From the NCBI RefSeq assembly GCF_003018255.1, contig NZ_CP027440.1: a stretch of DNA of 64,000 nt, one strand, 5' to 3'. Position numbers and translations under genes: made by a program. This document shows positions 26,501 through 40,133 of the stretch, in pieces (position 1 is the stretch's first letter; each line of letters opens with the position of its first letter). The notes under the pieces are model-generated. The model did no database searches. It saw nothing but the letters and a program-made list of their open reading frames with translations, and was not told the origin of the DNA. The DNA comes from Escherichia coli. Lineage in GTDB: Bacteria > Pseudomonadota > Gammaproteobacteria > Enterobacterales > Enterobacteriaceae.

Positions 26501-27322
26501 CTTCTCGCCCAACCAGCTGGCACCGCCCTGTTTCAGCCAGACGTCACCGCCGGTTACATCGCCTTTGTCGATCGTCATCCAGCCTTCAAGGGAGAACTGT
26601 GCCGTTTCCAGCGCAATATTGTCCTGCATCCATTTACCGAGCCACGGCTTCAGGTCGATGTCATCCGCCTGGAGCCAGACGCGACCATTGCTTAACAACC
26701 CCTCATCATCGCGCAAATCCATGCGCACCTGCATCACGCCGTGCTGTCCGGTAAGGCTGGAGAGGCTTACCTGGCCTTCTGCACGGTGTCGACGTGGATC
26801 GTTCAGCCAGGTGAGCTGTGGGATCGCCAGCTCGGCGCGCTGACCGGATGGCGTCAGGAAACTGACTTCACTGTCGCGGAGATCGAAATGGTCGAACTGA
26901 CGAAGAAACAGATCGCTGATGTGACTGGCTTCCAGACTATCATTACCACCGCCGCTGGTGATAGGAGTGTTGGTGCGAAAGCGCAGCTGCCAGAAAGTGA
27001 GGTCGCGAAACTGCCAGCGCATATGTAACAGGCTCTGCCAGACATCCAGCGCCAGAGTAACGCGTTTAACCGAAAATTCGCCGCCATCTTTTAGTTCTGC
27101 ACGGATGTCGTGCGCTTCAAGCGTCGGACCAAAATTCTGCCAGCTGGCTGAGAGCTGACTGGCTTCTACCGGCATGCCAGTCGCGGATTCTATTTTGTTG
27201 AGGATTTCCGGACGCCAGGCGTCAAGATGCGGTAAAGCAATACGCAGGCCGCTAACCAGCAGGGCAGCGATCACAACGAGCGCGGCTCCAGTAAGCAGTA
27301 AAATCCCCGGCAATCGCCTCAC
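23522..27322 (-). CDS. yhdP: AsmA-like envelope protein YhdP (phospholipid transport to the outer membrane)
   Basis: 1266-aa ORF with N-terminal membrane anchor; matches E. coli YhdP. Confidence 0.9.
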   Translation of the reverse strand: MRRLPGILLLTGAALVVIAALLVSGLRIALPHLDAWRPEILNKIESATGMPVEASQLSASWQNFGPTLEAHDIRAELKDGGEFSVKRVTLALDVWQSLLHMRWQFRDLTFWQLRFRTNTPITSGGGNDSLEASHISDLFLRQFDHFDLRDSEVSFLTPSGQRAELAIPQLTWLNDPRRHRAEGQVSLSSLTGQHGVMQVRMDLRDDEGLLSNGRVWLQADDIDLKPWLGKWMQDNIALETAQFSLEGWMTIDKGDVTGGDVWLKQGGASWLGEKQTHTLSVDNLTAHITRENPGWQFSIPDTRITMDGKPWPSGALTLAWIPEQDVGGKDNKRSDELRIRASNLELAGLEGIRPLAAKLSPALGDVWRSTQPSGKINTLALDIPLQAADKTRFQASWSDLAWKQWKLLPGAEHFSGTLSGSVENGLLTASMKQAKMPYETVFRAPLEIADGQATISWLNNDKGFQLDGRNIDVKAKAVHARGGFRYLQPANDEPWLGILAGISTDDGSQAWRYFPENLMGKDLVDYLSGAIQGGEADNATLVYGGNPQLFPYKHNEGQFEVLVPLRNAKFAFQPDWPALTNLDIELDFINDGLWMKTDGVNLGGVRASNLTAVIPDYSKEKLLIDADIKGPGKAVGPYFDETPLKDSLGATLQELQLDGDVNARLHLDIPLNGELVTAKGDVTLRNNSLFIKPLDSTLKNLSGKFSFINGDLQSEPLTASWFNQPLNVDFSTKEGAKAYQVAVNLNGNWQPAKTGVLPEAVNEALSGSVAWDGKVGIDLPYHAGATYNVELNGDLKNVSSHLPSPLAKPAGEPLPVNVKVDGNLNSFELTGQAGADNHFNSRWLLGQKLTLDRAIWAADSKTLPPLPEQSGVELNMPPMNGAEWLALFQKGAAESVGGAASFPQHITLRTPMLSLGNQQWNNLSIVSQPTANGTLVEAQGREINATLAMRNNAPWLANIKYLYYNPSVAKTHGDSTNSSPFPTTERISFRGWPDAQIRCAECWFWGQKFGRIDSDITISGNTLTLTNGLIDTGFSRLTADGEWVNNPGNERTSLKGKLRGQKIDAAAEFFGVTTPIRQSSFNVDYDLHWRKAPWQPDEATLNGIIHTQLGKGEITEINTGHAGQLLRLLSVDALMRKLRFDFRDTFGEGFYFDSIRSTAWIKDGVMHTDDTLVDGLEADIAMKGSVNLVRRDLNMEAVVAPEISATVGVAAAFAVNPIVGAAVFAASKVLGPLWSKVSILRYHISGPLDDPQINEVLRQPRKEKAQ

Positions 27323-27389
27323 CCGTCACTCCTTGTCTGCTAAAAATGTGACTCAAAAACCCTTTGCCGGATGGCGGCCCAGCATCTGT

Positions 27390-28859
27390 TTACATCATTA
27401 CGACGTCAAACTGCTCCTGGTTATAGAGCGGTTCAATTTGTACTTTAACCTGTTTACCAACGAAAATTTCCACTTCCGCCAGCGAGTGTGACTCTTCGCC
27501 TTTCAAGGCTTCAGCTACTGCCGGAGAAGCATAGACCAGGAAACGGTCGGAATCATAAGCATGGTGTACACGAACAATCTCGCGCATGATTTCATAGCAT
27601 ACCGTTTCCACGGTTTTCACCGTTCCGCGACCGTGGCAGGTTGGGCATTCGTTACATAGTACGTGCTCAATGCTTTCGCGGGTGCGTTTACGCGTCATCT
27701 CCACCAGCCCCAGCGCCGAAAAACCATTAACGCTGGTTTTCACCCGGTCTTTGCTCAACGCCTGCTCCAGCGAGTGCAGCACGCGGCGGCGGTGATCTTC
27801 ATTATTCATATCGATGAAATCAATAATGATAATCCCGCCCAGATTACGCAACCGTAACTGGCGAGCGATAGCCTGCGTCGCTTCAATATTGGTATTGAAA
27901 ATGGTGTCGTCCAGATTGCGATGACCGACAAACGCCCCGGTATTGATGTCTACGGTGGTCATCGCTTCGGTCTGGTCGATAATCAGATAGCCACCGGATT
28001 TCAGTTCTACTTTGCGTTCCAGCGCTCGCTGAATTTCGTTTTCGACATCAAAGAGATCGAAAATCGGCTGGCGTCCGGTGTAATGCTCCAGCTTGCTGGT
28101 CATCTCGGGAATGTACTCCGAGGTAAACTCCAGCAATGCTTCGTAAGTCAGGCGTGAGTCAACGCGAATGCGGTCGAGTTCGGCGTCGGCGAAATCACGC
28201 AGAACACGCTGCGCCAGCGCCAGTTCGCCGTACAGCTGATAACGGGTCTGTGGGCGCTTTTTACGCTCCATAACTTTGGTCCAGACGCGTTTCAGATAAG
28301 CGGCATCGGAGGCCAGTTCAGCCTCGCCAACCCCTTCAGCTGCGGTACGGATGATAAACCCGCCCTGCTCGTCGCAATACTCTGCGACCACTTTTTTCAG
28401 GCGTTCACGTTCTGATTCGCTTTCAATTCGTTGGGAAACCCCAACGTGAGAAGCCCCTGGCATAAATACCAGATAGCGAGAAGGCAGCGTGATATCGGTG
28501 GTCAGGCGCGCACCCTTAGTGCCAAGTGGATCTTTCACCACCTGCACCATCAGATCTTGCCCCTGACGGACCAGCTCCGAGATGTCGCGCACCGTGAATT
28601 GCTTTTGTTCTTCACCCGCCACACATTCGGTGTGCGGCATGATGTCAGATGCATGAAGAAACGCGGCTTTATCCAGCCCAATATCTACAAAAGCCGCCTG
28701 CATACCCGGAAGTACACGACTTACACGACCCTTGTAGATATTGCCTACTATTCCGCGTCGCGCCTCACGTTCAATATGAATTTCCTGCAGAATACCGCCA
28801 TCAATATACGCCACTCGCGTTTCCGAAGGCGTTACGTTTACTAACAATTCAGCCGTCAT
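27390..28859 (-). CDS. rng: Ribonuclease G
   Basis: Trimmed to [17 protein letters not shown]... (489 aa); a start 6 codons upstream is possible. Confidence 0.9.
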
Positions 28860-29442
28860 GTTTATCCCTTTTCTCACGCAGTGCGTTAAAATTACTTAAT
28901 AATTCATACGTTTCAACCAGCGGTAAGCCGACTACGGCGTGATAGCTGCCATTTATCTTCCTGACAAAACAGCCACCCAGCCCCTGAATACCGTATGCAC
29001 CTGCTTTATCTAACGGTTCACCGCTGGCGACATAGCCCGCGATGTCTTCGTCTGTTAACGTTCTGAAAGTCACATCGGTGACCACCAGGCAATCGAGAAT
29101 GTGCTGGCTGTCGGCCAACGCCACTGCCGTCATTACCTGATGGGTCTGACCCGATAATTTGCGCAACATCTGCGCCGCATGCTCTGCGTCGCGCGGTTTC
29201 TCCAGTACTTCTCCGTTCAGGATAACGATAGTATCCGCACCCAGCACCGGGAGATCCTGCGCCGTTTGCGCGACACCCGCCTGTGCTTTCTCGCGCGCCA
29301 GACGCACAACATACTGCTGCGCGCTCTCCTGCGGCTGACGCTGCTCCTCAATGCCCGTAACAATACGTTCAAAGGTTACGCCAAGTTGCGCAAGTAACTC
29401 CTGACGACGCGGAGAACCGGAAGCTAAATACAGAGAAGTCAT
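28849..29442 (-). CDS. yhdE: Maf-family nucleoside triphosphate pyrophosphatase
   Basis: 197-aa ORF matches E. coli YhdE; 11-bp overlap with rng start. Confidence 0.9.
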   Translation of the reverse strand: MTSLYLASGSPRRQELLAQLGVTFERIVTGIEEQRQPQESAQQYVVRLAREKAQAGVAQTAQDLPVLGADTIVILNGEVLEKPRDAEHAAQMLRKLSGQTHQVMTAVALADSQHILDCLVVTDVTFRTLTDEDIAGYVASGEPLDKAGAYGIQGLGGCFVRKINGSYHAVVGLPLVETYELLSNFNALREKRDKHDG

Positions 29443-29450
29443 AGAAACCT

Positions 29451-31042
<1,592 letters not shown>

Positions 31043-31107
31043 AAGTTATGCGTATTCTCGTATCAGACCAGGCAGGGTAAACAGACACTTCCCCTGCCTG
31101 CATCCGA

Positions 31108-32277
<1,170 letters not shown>

Positions 32278-32455
32278 TTACAAATCTCTGCCTGAGTCCA
32301 GAAAGGCTTAATGCATCAGCAGCATTCCTCGCCTGTTTGCAACCGCGTAAGGTCATTCATCTGCATATGTGCTGCAACAATCTGGCGAGCAGACAAGCAC
32401 ACTCCCATGAGACGCAGCGCGCGTTATTCTACGTGAAAACGGATTAAACGGCAGG

Positions 32456-34396
32456 TTAAACCGAGTATCTTTGTGAATATTTTTTCACGTTAGTATCAAG
32501 TGGCTGTGAGGACGCGAAAAAATCCCCTTGCCCACCTGTAACACCGCGCTGAATCAGGGTCTGCCACTCGCTTCGCGAACGCACGCCGGTGGCGTAAACC
32601 TGGGTGCTGGTCCCGGAGCAGGCTTCCACCAGGCTTTGAACCAGCAGCTGATTCTCCGTTCGCTTCTCAATGTTTCTGACCAGCCCCGGATGGAGCTTGA
32701 GTAACTCAACATTAAGTTCTTTGATCCAACTGGTGCTTACCAGCGTCAAACCAGCCTGGTTGACGGCTACCCGTACCCCTAAAGCATTCACTAAACGAAT
32801 AACAGGTTGTAAGCGACTGATATGTTGACCAACATCGGCCTCTGCAAGTTCAATAATTATGCGTCTTCGTTGCGATTTTTCACATTGCATTAACGTATCG
32901 CGCAGCCAACGCTGAAAACGCGGGCGAATCAGCGACTCAACGGTAACCTGAATCGCCAGATTTTCCTCTGGCCAGTAACGCAATAGTGGAATAAGACGGC
33001 TGATTAGCAGGCGGTCATACTCTTCCGATAAACCAAACTGCAAGACCATCGGCATATACTCTGCCGAGCTAACCTCTTCATTACCATCGAAGATGCGGCA
33101 CATGAGTTCACGATGATGAACCCGGCCTTCGCGAGTAACCGCCGGTTTTTGATAAAGGCGCGGGCCGCCGCGACTGAGCATTTGCTCGATAAGCGTACGC
33201 CAGCGAACATTACCGCGTCCTTTTTCAGGCAACGAGTCATCGTAAATAGCCCAGCTATTGCCGCCCTGCAATCCCGCATTACGCGTGGCAGACTCTGCAT
33301 GTTCCATTACCTGCTCGGTATCCTGACCACTACGCCAGGCACAGATACCAATGTGGATCATATCGTCGCGATCGAGCATTTTATTGTTCGGCAAGGTATC
33401 GACGGCTTTGATTAACTGACTGGCGATGCTCTCTGCCTCTTTTAACGTCCGGTGCGGTAACAGCGCAGCAAAATCACTGCGGTGGTAACGCGCCAGCAGT
33501 GCGCCAGGGTAGCGCATCATAAATGTCGATAGCAGATTCGTCAGAGAGAAGAACTGTTCTTCAACCTGGCTGTGCCCCCAGGTATCACTCAACATATTGA
33601 AATCCGGCAGACGAATCATCATCACGATCCCGTGGGTACCTACTTTCTCTTGATCTTCCAGTAACGTTGCTAACTGATTATCGAAAAAGAGTCGGTTATT
33701 GAGGCCGGTTTTCATGTCCTGGGCGGCATAAGAGCGGATCAGCGTATCAAGACGGCTGTGTTGTTCGCGTGCGTTCTGAATTTCACAAAGCAGCGTATCC
33801 AGCGCACTGCTGGTTCTGGGCGGCCATTCATAGATGGTTCCCAACACATTAGAGCCACGCTCACCGTTTAAGATACGAGTAGCCCGGGTTTCCAGCAATT
33901 CTTGCCCGGCAAGTTGCCGTTGTAACCAGCGTACCGCCAGGAAGAGCATAAGAATGATAAAGCCAATCGCCCCCGTGAGCGGCGCGGTAGTCATTAAAGA
34001 ATGGAAATAGTTGCCCATCGGATCCTGATAAACCAGACGCAGCGACATCCCCGGATGCTTTATCAACGGAACGCTCAGTTCACGAAACAGATCGTTGGTG
34101 CCAACCGGACGATAACTACCATTTCTGGCCAGGGTATAAACCTGCTTATCACCATGGAGCAGGTCTACACGAACGATATCTGCCGACATCATTAATTCGG
34201 TAATTTGTGGCCTTAATGTGCTGAAGTCATTCGACACTAGGTGGGTATCAATCGCCGTCGCCACCGCCTGAACACGATGACTAAACTTATACTGAATGGC
34301 GTTGTAGAAACTTAGCGAACAGCCCAGCAAAGTCACAAAAATTGTTAACCCGGTGAGCAGCGTGACAAAGGCCGAAAATTTCGTCGTTAATCTCAT
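32456..34396 (-). CDS. csrD: CsrD, degenerate GGDEF-EAL protein targeting CsrB/CsrC for RNase E decay
   Basis: 646-aa ORF matches E. coli CsrD. Confidence 0.9.
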   Translation of the reverse strand: MRLTTKFSAFVTLLTGLTIFVTLLGCSLSFYNAIQYKFSHRVQAVATAIDTHLVSNDFSTLRPQITELMMSADIVRVDLLHGDKQVYTLARNGSYRPVGTNDLFRELSVPLIKHPGMSLRLVYQDPMGNYFHSLMTTAPLTGAIGFIILMLFLAVRWLQRQLAGQELLETRATRILNGERGSNVLGTIYEWPPRTSSALDTLLCEIQNAREQHSRLDTLIRSYAAQDMKTGLNNRLFFDNQLATLLEDQEKVGTHGIVMMIRLPDFNMLSDTWGHSQVEEQFFSLTNLLSTFMMRYPGALLARYHRSDFAALLPHRTLKEAESIASQLIKAVDTLPNNKMLDRDDMIHIGICAWRSGQDTEQVMEHAESATRNAGLQGGNSWAIYDDSLPEKGRGNVRWRTLIEQMLSRGGPRLYQKPAVTREGRVHHRELMCRIFDGNEEVSSAEYMPMVLQFGLSEEYDRLLISRLIPLLRYWPEENLAIQVTVESLIRPRFQRWLRDTLMQCEKSQRRRIIIELAEADVGQHISRLQPVIRLVNALGVRVAVNQAGLTLVSTSWIKELNVELLKLHPGLVRNIEKRTENQLLVQSLVEACSGTSTQVYATGVRSRSEWQTLIQRGVTGGQGDFFASSQPLDTNVKKYSQRYSV

Positions 34397-34547
34397 CCTT
34401 GTGTTAACTCCGATAGTGAGGAAGCGGGCATACTAGCAAATCAGATTTATCTCGCAATTTATTGCGCTTCATCGGCTTTGCTTTTCCATTAGCGAGTATA
34501 GTCTTCAGAAATTATTTTCCAATCCATCATGCACATGAGGACCACTT

Positions 34548-35522
34548 ATGCAGGCGTTACTTTTAGAACAGCAGGACGGCAAAACTCTCGCATCAGTACA
34601 GACTCTGGACGAAAGTCGCCTGCCGGAAGGCGATGTCACGGTTGATGTTCACTGGTCGAGCCTGAACTACAAAGATGCGCTGGCGATTACCGGTAAGGGA
34701 AAAATCATCCGAAATTTTCCGATGATTCCTGGGATTGATTTTGCCGGAACTGTACGCACCAGCGAAGATCCGCGTTTTCATGCCGGTCAGGAGGTGTTAC
34801 TCACTGGCTGGGGCGTTGGTGAAAACCACTGGGGTGGGCTGGCGGAACAGGCGCGAGTGAAAGGTGACTGGCTGGTTGCCATGCCGCAAGGGCTGGACGC
34901 GCGTAAAGCAATGATTATCGGTACTGCCGGTTTTACCGCCATGCTGTGTGTGATGGCGCTGGAAGATGCCGGTGTTCGCCCGCAGGATGGGGAGGTTGTC
35001 GTGACGGGTGCCAGTGGTGGCGTCGGCAGTACCGCCGTCACGCTGCTGCATAAGTTGGGTTATCAGGTCGTTGCCGTTTCCGGTCGCGAAAGTACCCATG
35101 AATATCTGAAAAGTTTAGGTGCCAGCCGTATTCTTCCTCGCGATGAGTTTGCTGAATCCCGTCCTCTGGAAAAACAAGTCTGGGCTGGGGCAATTGACAC
35201 CGTTGGCGACAAAGTGCTGGCAAAAGTGCTGGCGCAAATGAATTACGGCGGCTGCGTGGCGGCCTGTGGTCTGGCGGGTGGTTTTACTCTGCCAACCACG
35301 GTCATGCCATTTATTCTGCGTAATGTCCGTTTGCAAGGGGTGGATTCAGTAATGACGCCACCAGCACGCCGCGCACAAGCCTGGCAGCGACTGGTCGCCG
35401 ATTTACCGGAATCATTCTATACCCAAGCGGCAAAAGAGATATCTCTGGCAGAGGCACCGAAGTTTGCCGAGGCCATCATTAATAACCAGATCCAGGGTCG
35501 CACGCTGGTGAAGGTTAACTAA
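34548..35522 (+). CDS. acuI: Acrylyl-CoA reductase (MDR/quinone oxidoreductase family, formerly YhdH)
   Basis: 324-aa ORF matches E. coli AcuI. Confidence 0.9.
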   Translation: MQALLLEQQDGKTLASVQTLDESRLPEGDVTVDVHWSSLNYKDALAITGKGKIIRNFPMIPGIDFAGTVRTSEDPRFHAGQEVLLTGWGVGENHWGGLAEQARVKGDWLVAMPQGLDARKAMIIGTAGFTAMLCVMALEDAGVRPQDGEVVVTGASGGVGSTAVTLLHKLGYQVVAVSGRESTHEYLKSLGASRILPRDEFAESRPLEKQVWAGAIDTVGDKVLAKVLAQMNYGGCVAACGLAGGFTLPTTVMPFILRNVRLQGVDSVMTPPARRAQAWQRLVADLPESFYTQAAKEISLAEAPKFAEAIINNQIQGRTLVKVN

Positions 35523-36167
35523 CCATTTAGCAGGGAATAATAAGAGAGGGAACTCATTTTGAAATCATTATTCAATCGGTTAACGGGAAAAGCGGTTAGC
35601 CGGACAGCTTTCGTCGAACATCTTGGTCATGAAGTTGTACAACATCATCCAAACTGGAAAGTCATGATTTCGACTGACCATAAATTGATGCGCATTGATG
35701 CTCCACCAAACAGCCATTATTGATACGCCTCCGTCGCCTGTTAGGTTTATGGTGTTTTGCCTTGGCGACGCTACGCTTAATCTGTTACTGATTTCTGGTA
35801 CCATGGGGGGAATAATCTGATTTTATTTGATTGCAAATTAACCACTTAAACCTATTGAATGCGGAACATTGTCAGTCGGTTAATTTTGCGTGCTTTAGCA
35901 TTCACATCTTTCCGGACGATGCAGTGAAAATTGCGTAATCCTCAGCAACCGCTGCGTAATGTCGTCTATCTTGTCGCGATCCTGGCATCCCTACATTATT
36001 TGTGGTCTGTGAAGATTATCTCATTGCAGCCCCTCATCTTCGCAGGGCTGGCTTTACAGCTTTTCACCCTACGTTATAAGAAGTTCCGTCGATGATGGCG
36101 CTAATTTCGTGAATTGTGCGGCTTGTTGCAAATTACACGGTGTTGAAGGTTATTTACATGTTAGCTG

Positions 36168-36196
36168 TTGATTATCTTCCCTGATAAGACCAGTAT
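36168..36196 (+). promoter_or_regulatory. Candidate accBC promoter (TTGATT -17- CAGTAT), about 300 nt upstream of accB
   Basis: Hexamers read in sequence; position agrees with the long accBC leader known from the literature; exact start site not verifiable here. Confidence 0.3.
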
Positions 36197-36499
36197 TTAG
36201 CTGCCAATTGCTACGAAATCGTTATAATGTGCGACCTCGTCCTCCCTGACGCAGTTTTTGCGCTGCGGAAAAGGTGACATTGGCGCAACGAAGGTATATT
36301 TTGTTTTTTGCCGGAGGATAGCAGCAGATCGCTGCACAATGTCCGTCAAGTCTAACATTGACACTCTGGGGCAAAATAGACCGGCGTCCCGGCCTGCTGG
36401 AATTTATCGCTATGCATACAGCTGTCGGGGCATACGCTTTACAGACGGCGGTGAAACGCCTGTCACAATCACACTAAACAAAGAGTACGGAACCCACTC

Positions 36500-36970
36500 A
36501 TGGATATTCGTAAGATTAAAAAACTGATCGAGCTGGTTGAAGAATCAGGCATCTCCGAACTGGAAATTTCTGAAGGCGAAGAGTCAGTACGCATTAGCCG
36601 TGCAGCTCCTGCCGCAAGTTTCCCTGTGATGCAACAAGCTTACGCTGCACCAATGATGCAGCAGCCAGCTCAATCTAACGCAGCCGCTCCGGCGACCGTT
36701 CCTTCCATGGAAGCGCCAGCAGCAGCGGAAATCAGTGGTCACATCGTACGTTCCCCGATGGTTGGTACTTTCTACCGCACCCCAAGCCCGGACGCAAAAG
36801 CGTTCATCGAAGTGGGTCAGAAAGTCAACGTGGGCGATACCCTGTGCATCGTTGAAGCCATGAAAATGATGAACCAGATCGAAGCGGACAAATCCGGTAC
36901 CGTGAAAGCAATTCTGGTCGAAAGTGGACAACCGGTAGAATTTGACGAGCCGCTGGTCGTCATCGAGTAA
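36500..36970 (+). CDS. accB: Biotin carboxyl carrier protein of acetyl-CoA carboxylase
   Basis: 156-aa ORF with biotinylation motif [10 protein letters not shown]. Confidence 0.95.
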
Positions 36971-36980
36971 CGAGGCGAAC

Positions 36981-38330
36981 ATGCTGGATAAAATTGTTAT
37001 TGCCAACCGCGGCGAGATTGCATTGCGTATTCTTCGTGCCTGTAAAGAACTGGGCATCAAGACTGTCGCTGTGCACTCCAGCGCGGATCGCGATCTAAAA
37101 CACGTATTACTGGCAGATGAAACGGTCTGTATCGGCCCTGCTCCGTCAGTAAAAAGTTATCTGAACATCCCGGCAATCATCAGCGCCGCTGAAATCACCG
37201 GCGCAGTAGCAATCCATCCGGGTTACGGCTTCCTCTCCGAGAACGCCAACTTTGCCGAGCAGGTTGAACGCTCCGGCTTTATCTTCATCGGCCCGAAAGC
37301 AGAAACCATTCGCCTGATGGGCGACAAAGTATCCGCAATCGCGGCGATGAAAAAAGCGGGCGTTCCTTGCGTACCGGGTTCTGACGGCCCGCTGGGCGAC
37401 GATATGGATAAAAACCGCGCCATTGCTAAACGCATTGGTTATCCGGTAATTATCAAAGCCTCCGGCGGCGGCGGCGGTCGCGGTATGCGCGTAGTGCGCG
37501 GCGACGCTGAACTGGCACAATCCATCTCCATGACCCGTGCGGAAGCGAAAGCTGCTTTCAGCAACGATATGGTTTACATGGAGAAATACCTGGAAAATCC
37601 TCGCCACGTCGAGATTCAGGTACTGGCTGACGGTCAGGGCAACGCTATCTATCTGGCGGAACGTGACTGCTCCATGCAGCGCCGCCACCAGAAAGTGGTC
37701 GAAGAAGCACCAGCACCGGGCATTACCCCGGAACTGCGTCGCTACATCGGCGAACGTTGCGCTAAAGCATGTGTTGATATCGGCTATCGCGGTGCGGGTA
37801 CTTTCGAGTTCCTGTTCGAAAACGGCGAGTTCTATTTCATCGAAATGAACACCCGTATTCAGGTAGAACACCCGGTTACTGAAATGATCACCGGCGTTGA
37901 CCTGATCAAAGAACAGCTGCGTATCGCTGCCGGTCAACCGCTGTCGATCAAGCAAGAAGAAGTTCACGTTCGCGGCCATGCGGTGGAATGCCGTATCAAC
38001 GCCGAAGATCCGAACACCTTCCTGCCAAGCCCGGGCAAAATCACCCGTTTCCACGCACCAGGCGGTTTTGGCGTGCGTTGGGAGTCTCATATCTACGCGG
38101 GCTACACCGTACCGCCGTACTATGACTCAATGATCGGTAAGCTGATTTGCTACGGTGAAAACCGTGACGTGGCGATTGCCCGCATGAAGAATGCGCTGCA
38201 GGAGCTGATCATCGACGGTATCAAAACCAACGTTGATCTGCAGATCCGCATCATGAATGACGAGAACTTCCAGCATGGTGGCACTAACATCCACTATCTG
38301 GAGAAAAAACTCGGTCTTCAGGAAAAATAA
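36981..38330 (+). CDS. accC: Biotin carboxylase
   Basis: Trimmed to [20 protein letters not shown]... (449 aa). Confidence 0.95.
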
Positions 38331-38346
38331 GACTGCAAAAGCGTCA

Positions 38347-38370
38347 AAAGGCCGGATTTTCCGGCCTTTT
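38347..38370 (+). terminator. Intrinsic terminator after accC
   Basis: GGCCGGAttttCCGGCC hairpin followed by TTTTTT. Confidence 0.7.
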
Positions 38371-38438
38371 TTATTACTGGGGATCGACAACCCCCATAAG
38401 GTACAATCCCCGCTTTCTTCACCCATCAGGGACAAAAA

Positions 38439-38681
38439 ATGGACACTCGTTTTGTTCAGGCCCATAAAGAGGCGCGCTGGGCGCTGGGGCTGACCCTTTT
38501 GTATCTGGCGGTATGGTTAGTAGCCGCTTACTTACCTGGCGTTGCCCCCGGTTTTACCGGTTTTCCGCGCTGGTTTGAGATGGCCTGCATCCTGACGCCG
38601 CTGCTGTTTATTGGACTGTGCTGGGCGATGGTGAAATTTATCTATCGCGATATCCCACTGGAGGATGACGATGCAGCTTGA
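38439..38681 (+). CDS. yhdT: Small membrane protein YhdT (DUF997)
   Basis: 80-aa ORF; 11-bp overlap with panF. Confidence 0.85.
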   Translation: MDTRFVQAHKEARWALGLTLLYLAVWLVAAYLPGVAPGFTGFPRWFEMACILTPLLFIGLCWAMVKFIYRDIPLEDDDAA

Positions 38682-40122
38682 AGTAATTCTACCGCTGGTC
38701 GCCTATCTGGTGGTGGTGTTCGGTATCTCTGTTTATGCGATGCGTAAACGGAGCACTGGCACCTTCCTTAATGAGTATTTCCTCGGCAGCCGCTCTATGG
38801 GCGGTATTGTGCTGGCGATGACGCTCACCGCGACCTATATCAGTGCCAGTTCGTTTATCGGCGGGCCTGGAGCTGCTTATAAATACGGCCTGGGCTGGGT
38901 ATTGCTGGCGATGATTCAGCTTCCTGCAGTCTGGCTTTCGCTCGGTATTCTCGGCAAGAAGTTCGCAATTCTTGCGCGCCGCTACAATGCGGTGACACTG
39001 AACGACATGCTGTTTGCCCGCTACCAGAGTCGTCTTTTGGTGTGGCTGGCGAGTTTGAGTTTGCTGGTCGCGTTTATTGGCGCGATGACCGTGCAGTTTA
39101 TCGGCGGCGCGCGCCTGCTGGAAACCGCGGCGGGTATTCCTTATGAAACCGGGCTGCTGATTTTCGGTATCAGCATTGCGTTGTATACCGCCTTTGGTGG
39201 CTTTCGCGCCAGCGTGCTGAACGACACTATGCAAGGGCTGGTGATGCTGATTGGCACCATTGTGCTGCTTATTGGCGTGGTACATGCCGCAGGTGGCTTA
39301 AGCAACGCAGTAGAGACGTTGCAAACCATCGATCCGCAACTGGTTACGCCACAAGGCGCTGACGATATTCTGTCGCCTGCCTTTATGACGTCGTTCTGGG
39401 TACTGGTGTGCTTTGGCGTGATTGGCCTGCCGCATACTGCGGTGCGCTGTATCTCTTATAAAGACAGCAAAGCCGTACATCGGGGGATCATCATCGGTAC
39501 GATTGTGGTCGCAATCCTGATGTTCGGTATGCACCTGGCCGGAGCGTTAGGTCGGGCGGTGATCCCCGATCTCACCGTACCGGACCTGGTGATCCCGACG
39601 TTAATGGTAAAAGTGTTGCCACCGTTTGCTGCCGGGATCTTCCTGGCTGCACCTATGGCTGCGATCATGTCGACAATTAACGCCCAACTGCTGCAAAGTT
39701 CCGCTACGATCATTAAAGATCTCTATCTGAATATCCGTCCGGATCAAATGCAAAACGAGACGCGTCTGAAGCGGATGTCGGCGGTAATTACGTTAGTTCT
39801 CGGTGCGTTGCTGCTGCTTGCCGCCTGGAAGCCGCCAGAAATGATCATCTGGCTGAATTTGCTGGCCTTCGGTGGGCTGGAAGCCGTTTTCCTGTGGCCG
39901 CTGGTACTGGGTCTTTACTGGGAACGCGCCAACGCCAAAGGCGCGCTAAGTGCGATGATTGTTGGCGGCGTACTGTATGCCGTACTCGCGACGCTGAATA
40001 TTCAGTACCTGGGCTTCCACCCTATCGTGCCCTCGTTACTACTAAGTTTGCTGGCTTTCCTGGTCGGAAACCGTTTCGGTACATCCGTCCCGCAAGCTAC
40101 CGTTTTGACTACTGATAAATAA
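38671..40122 (+). CDS. panF: Sodium/pantothenate symporter
   Basis: Trimmed to [18 protein letters not shown]... (483 aa). Confidence 0.9.
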
Positions 40123-40133
40123 AGAGTTTTGCC

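Noticed and set aside
35580-35804. 74-aa minus-strand ORF in the acuI-accB gap
   Set aside because: The start is preceded by a C-run rather than a Shine-Dalgarno sequence, and the ORF has no recognisable family. It is kept only as context for the finding on this gap.
37146-38090. 314-aa ORF antisense to accC
   Set aside because: Lies wholly inside a highly conserved gene on the opposite strand; no ribosome-binding site or recognisable protein family. Long antisense frames are expected in GC-rich, codon-biased E. coli genes.
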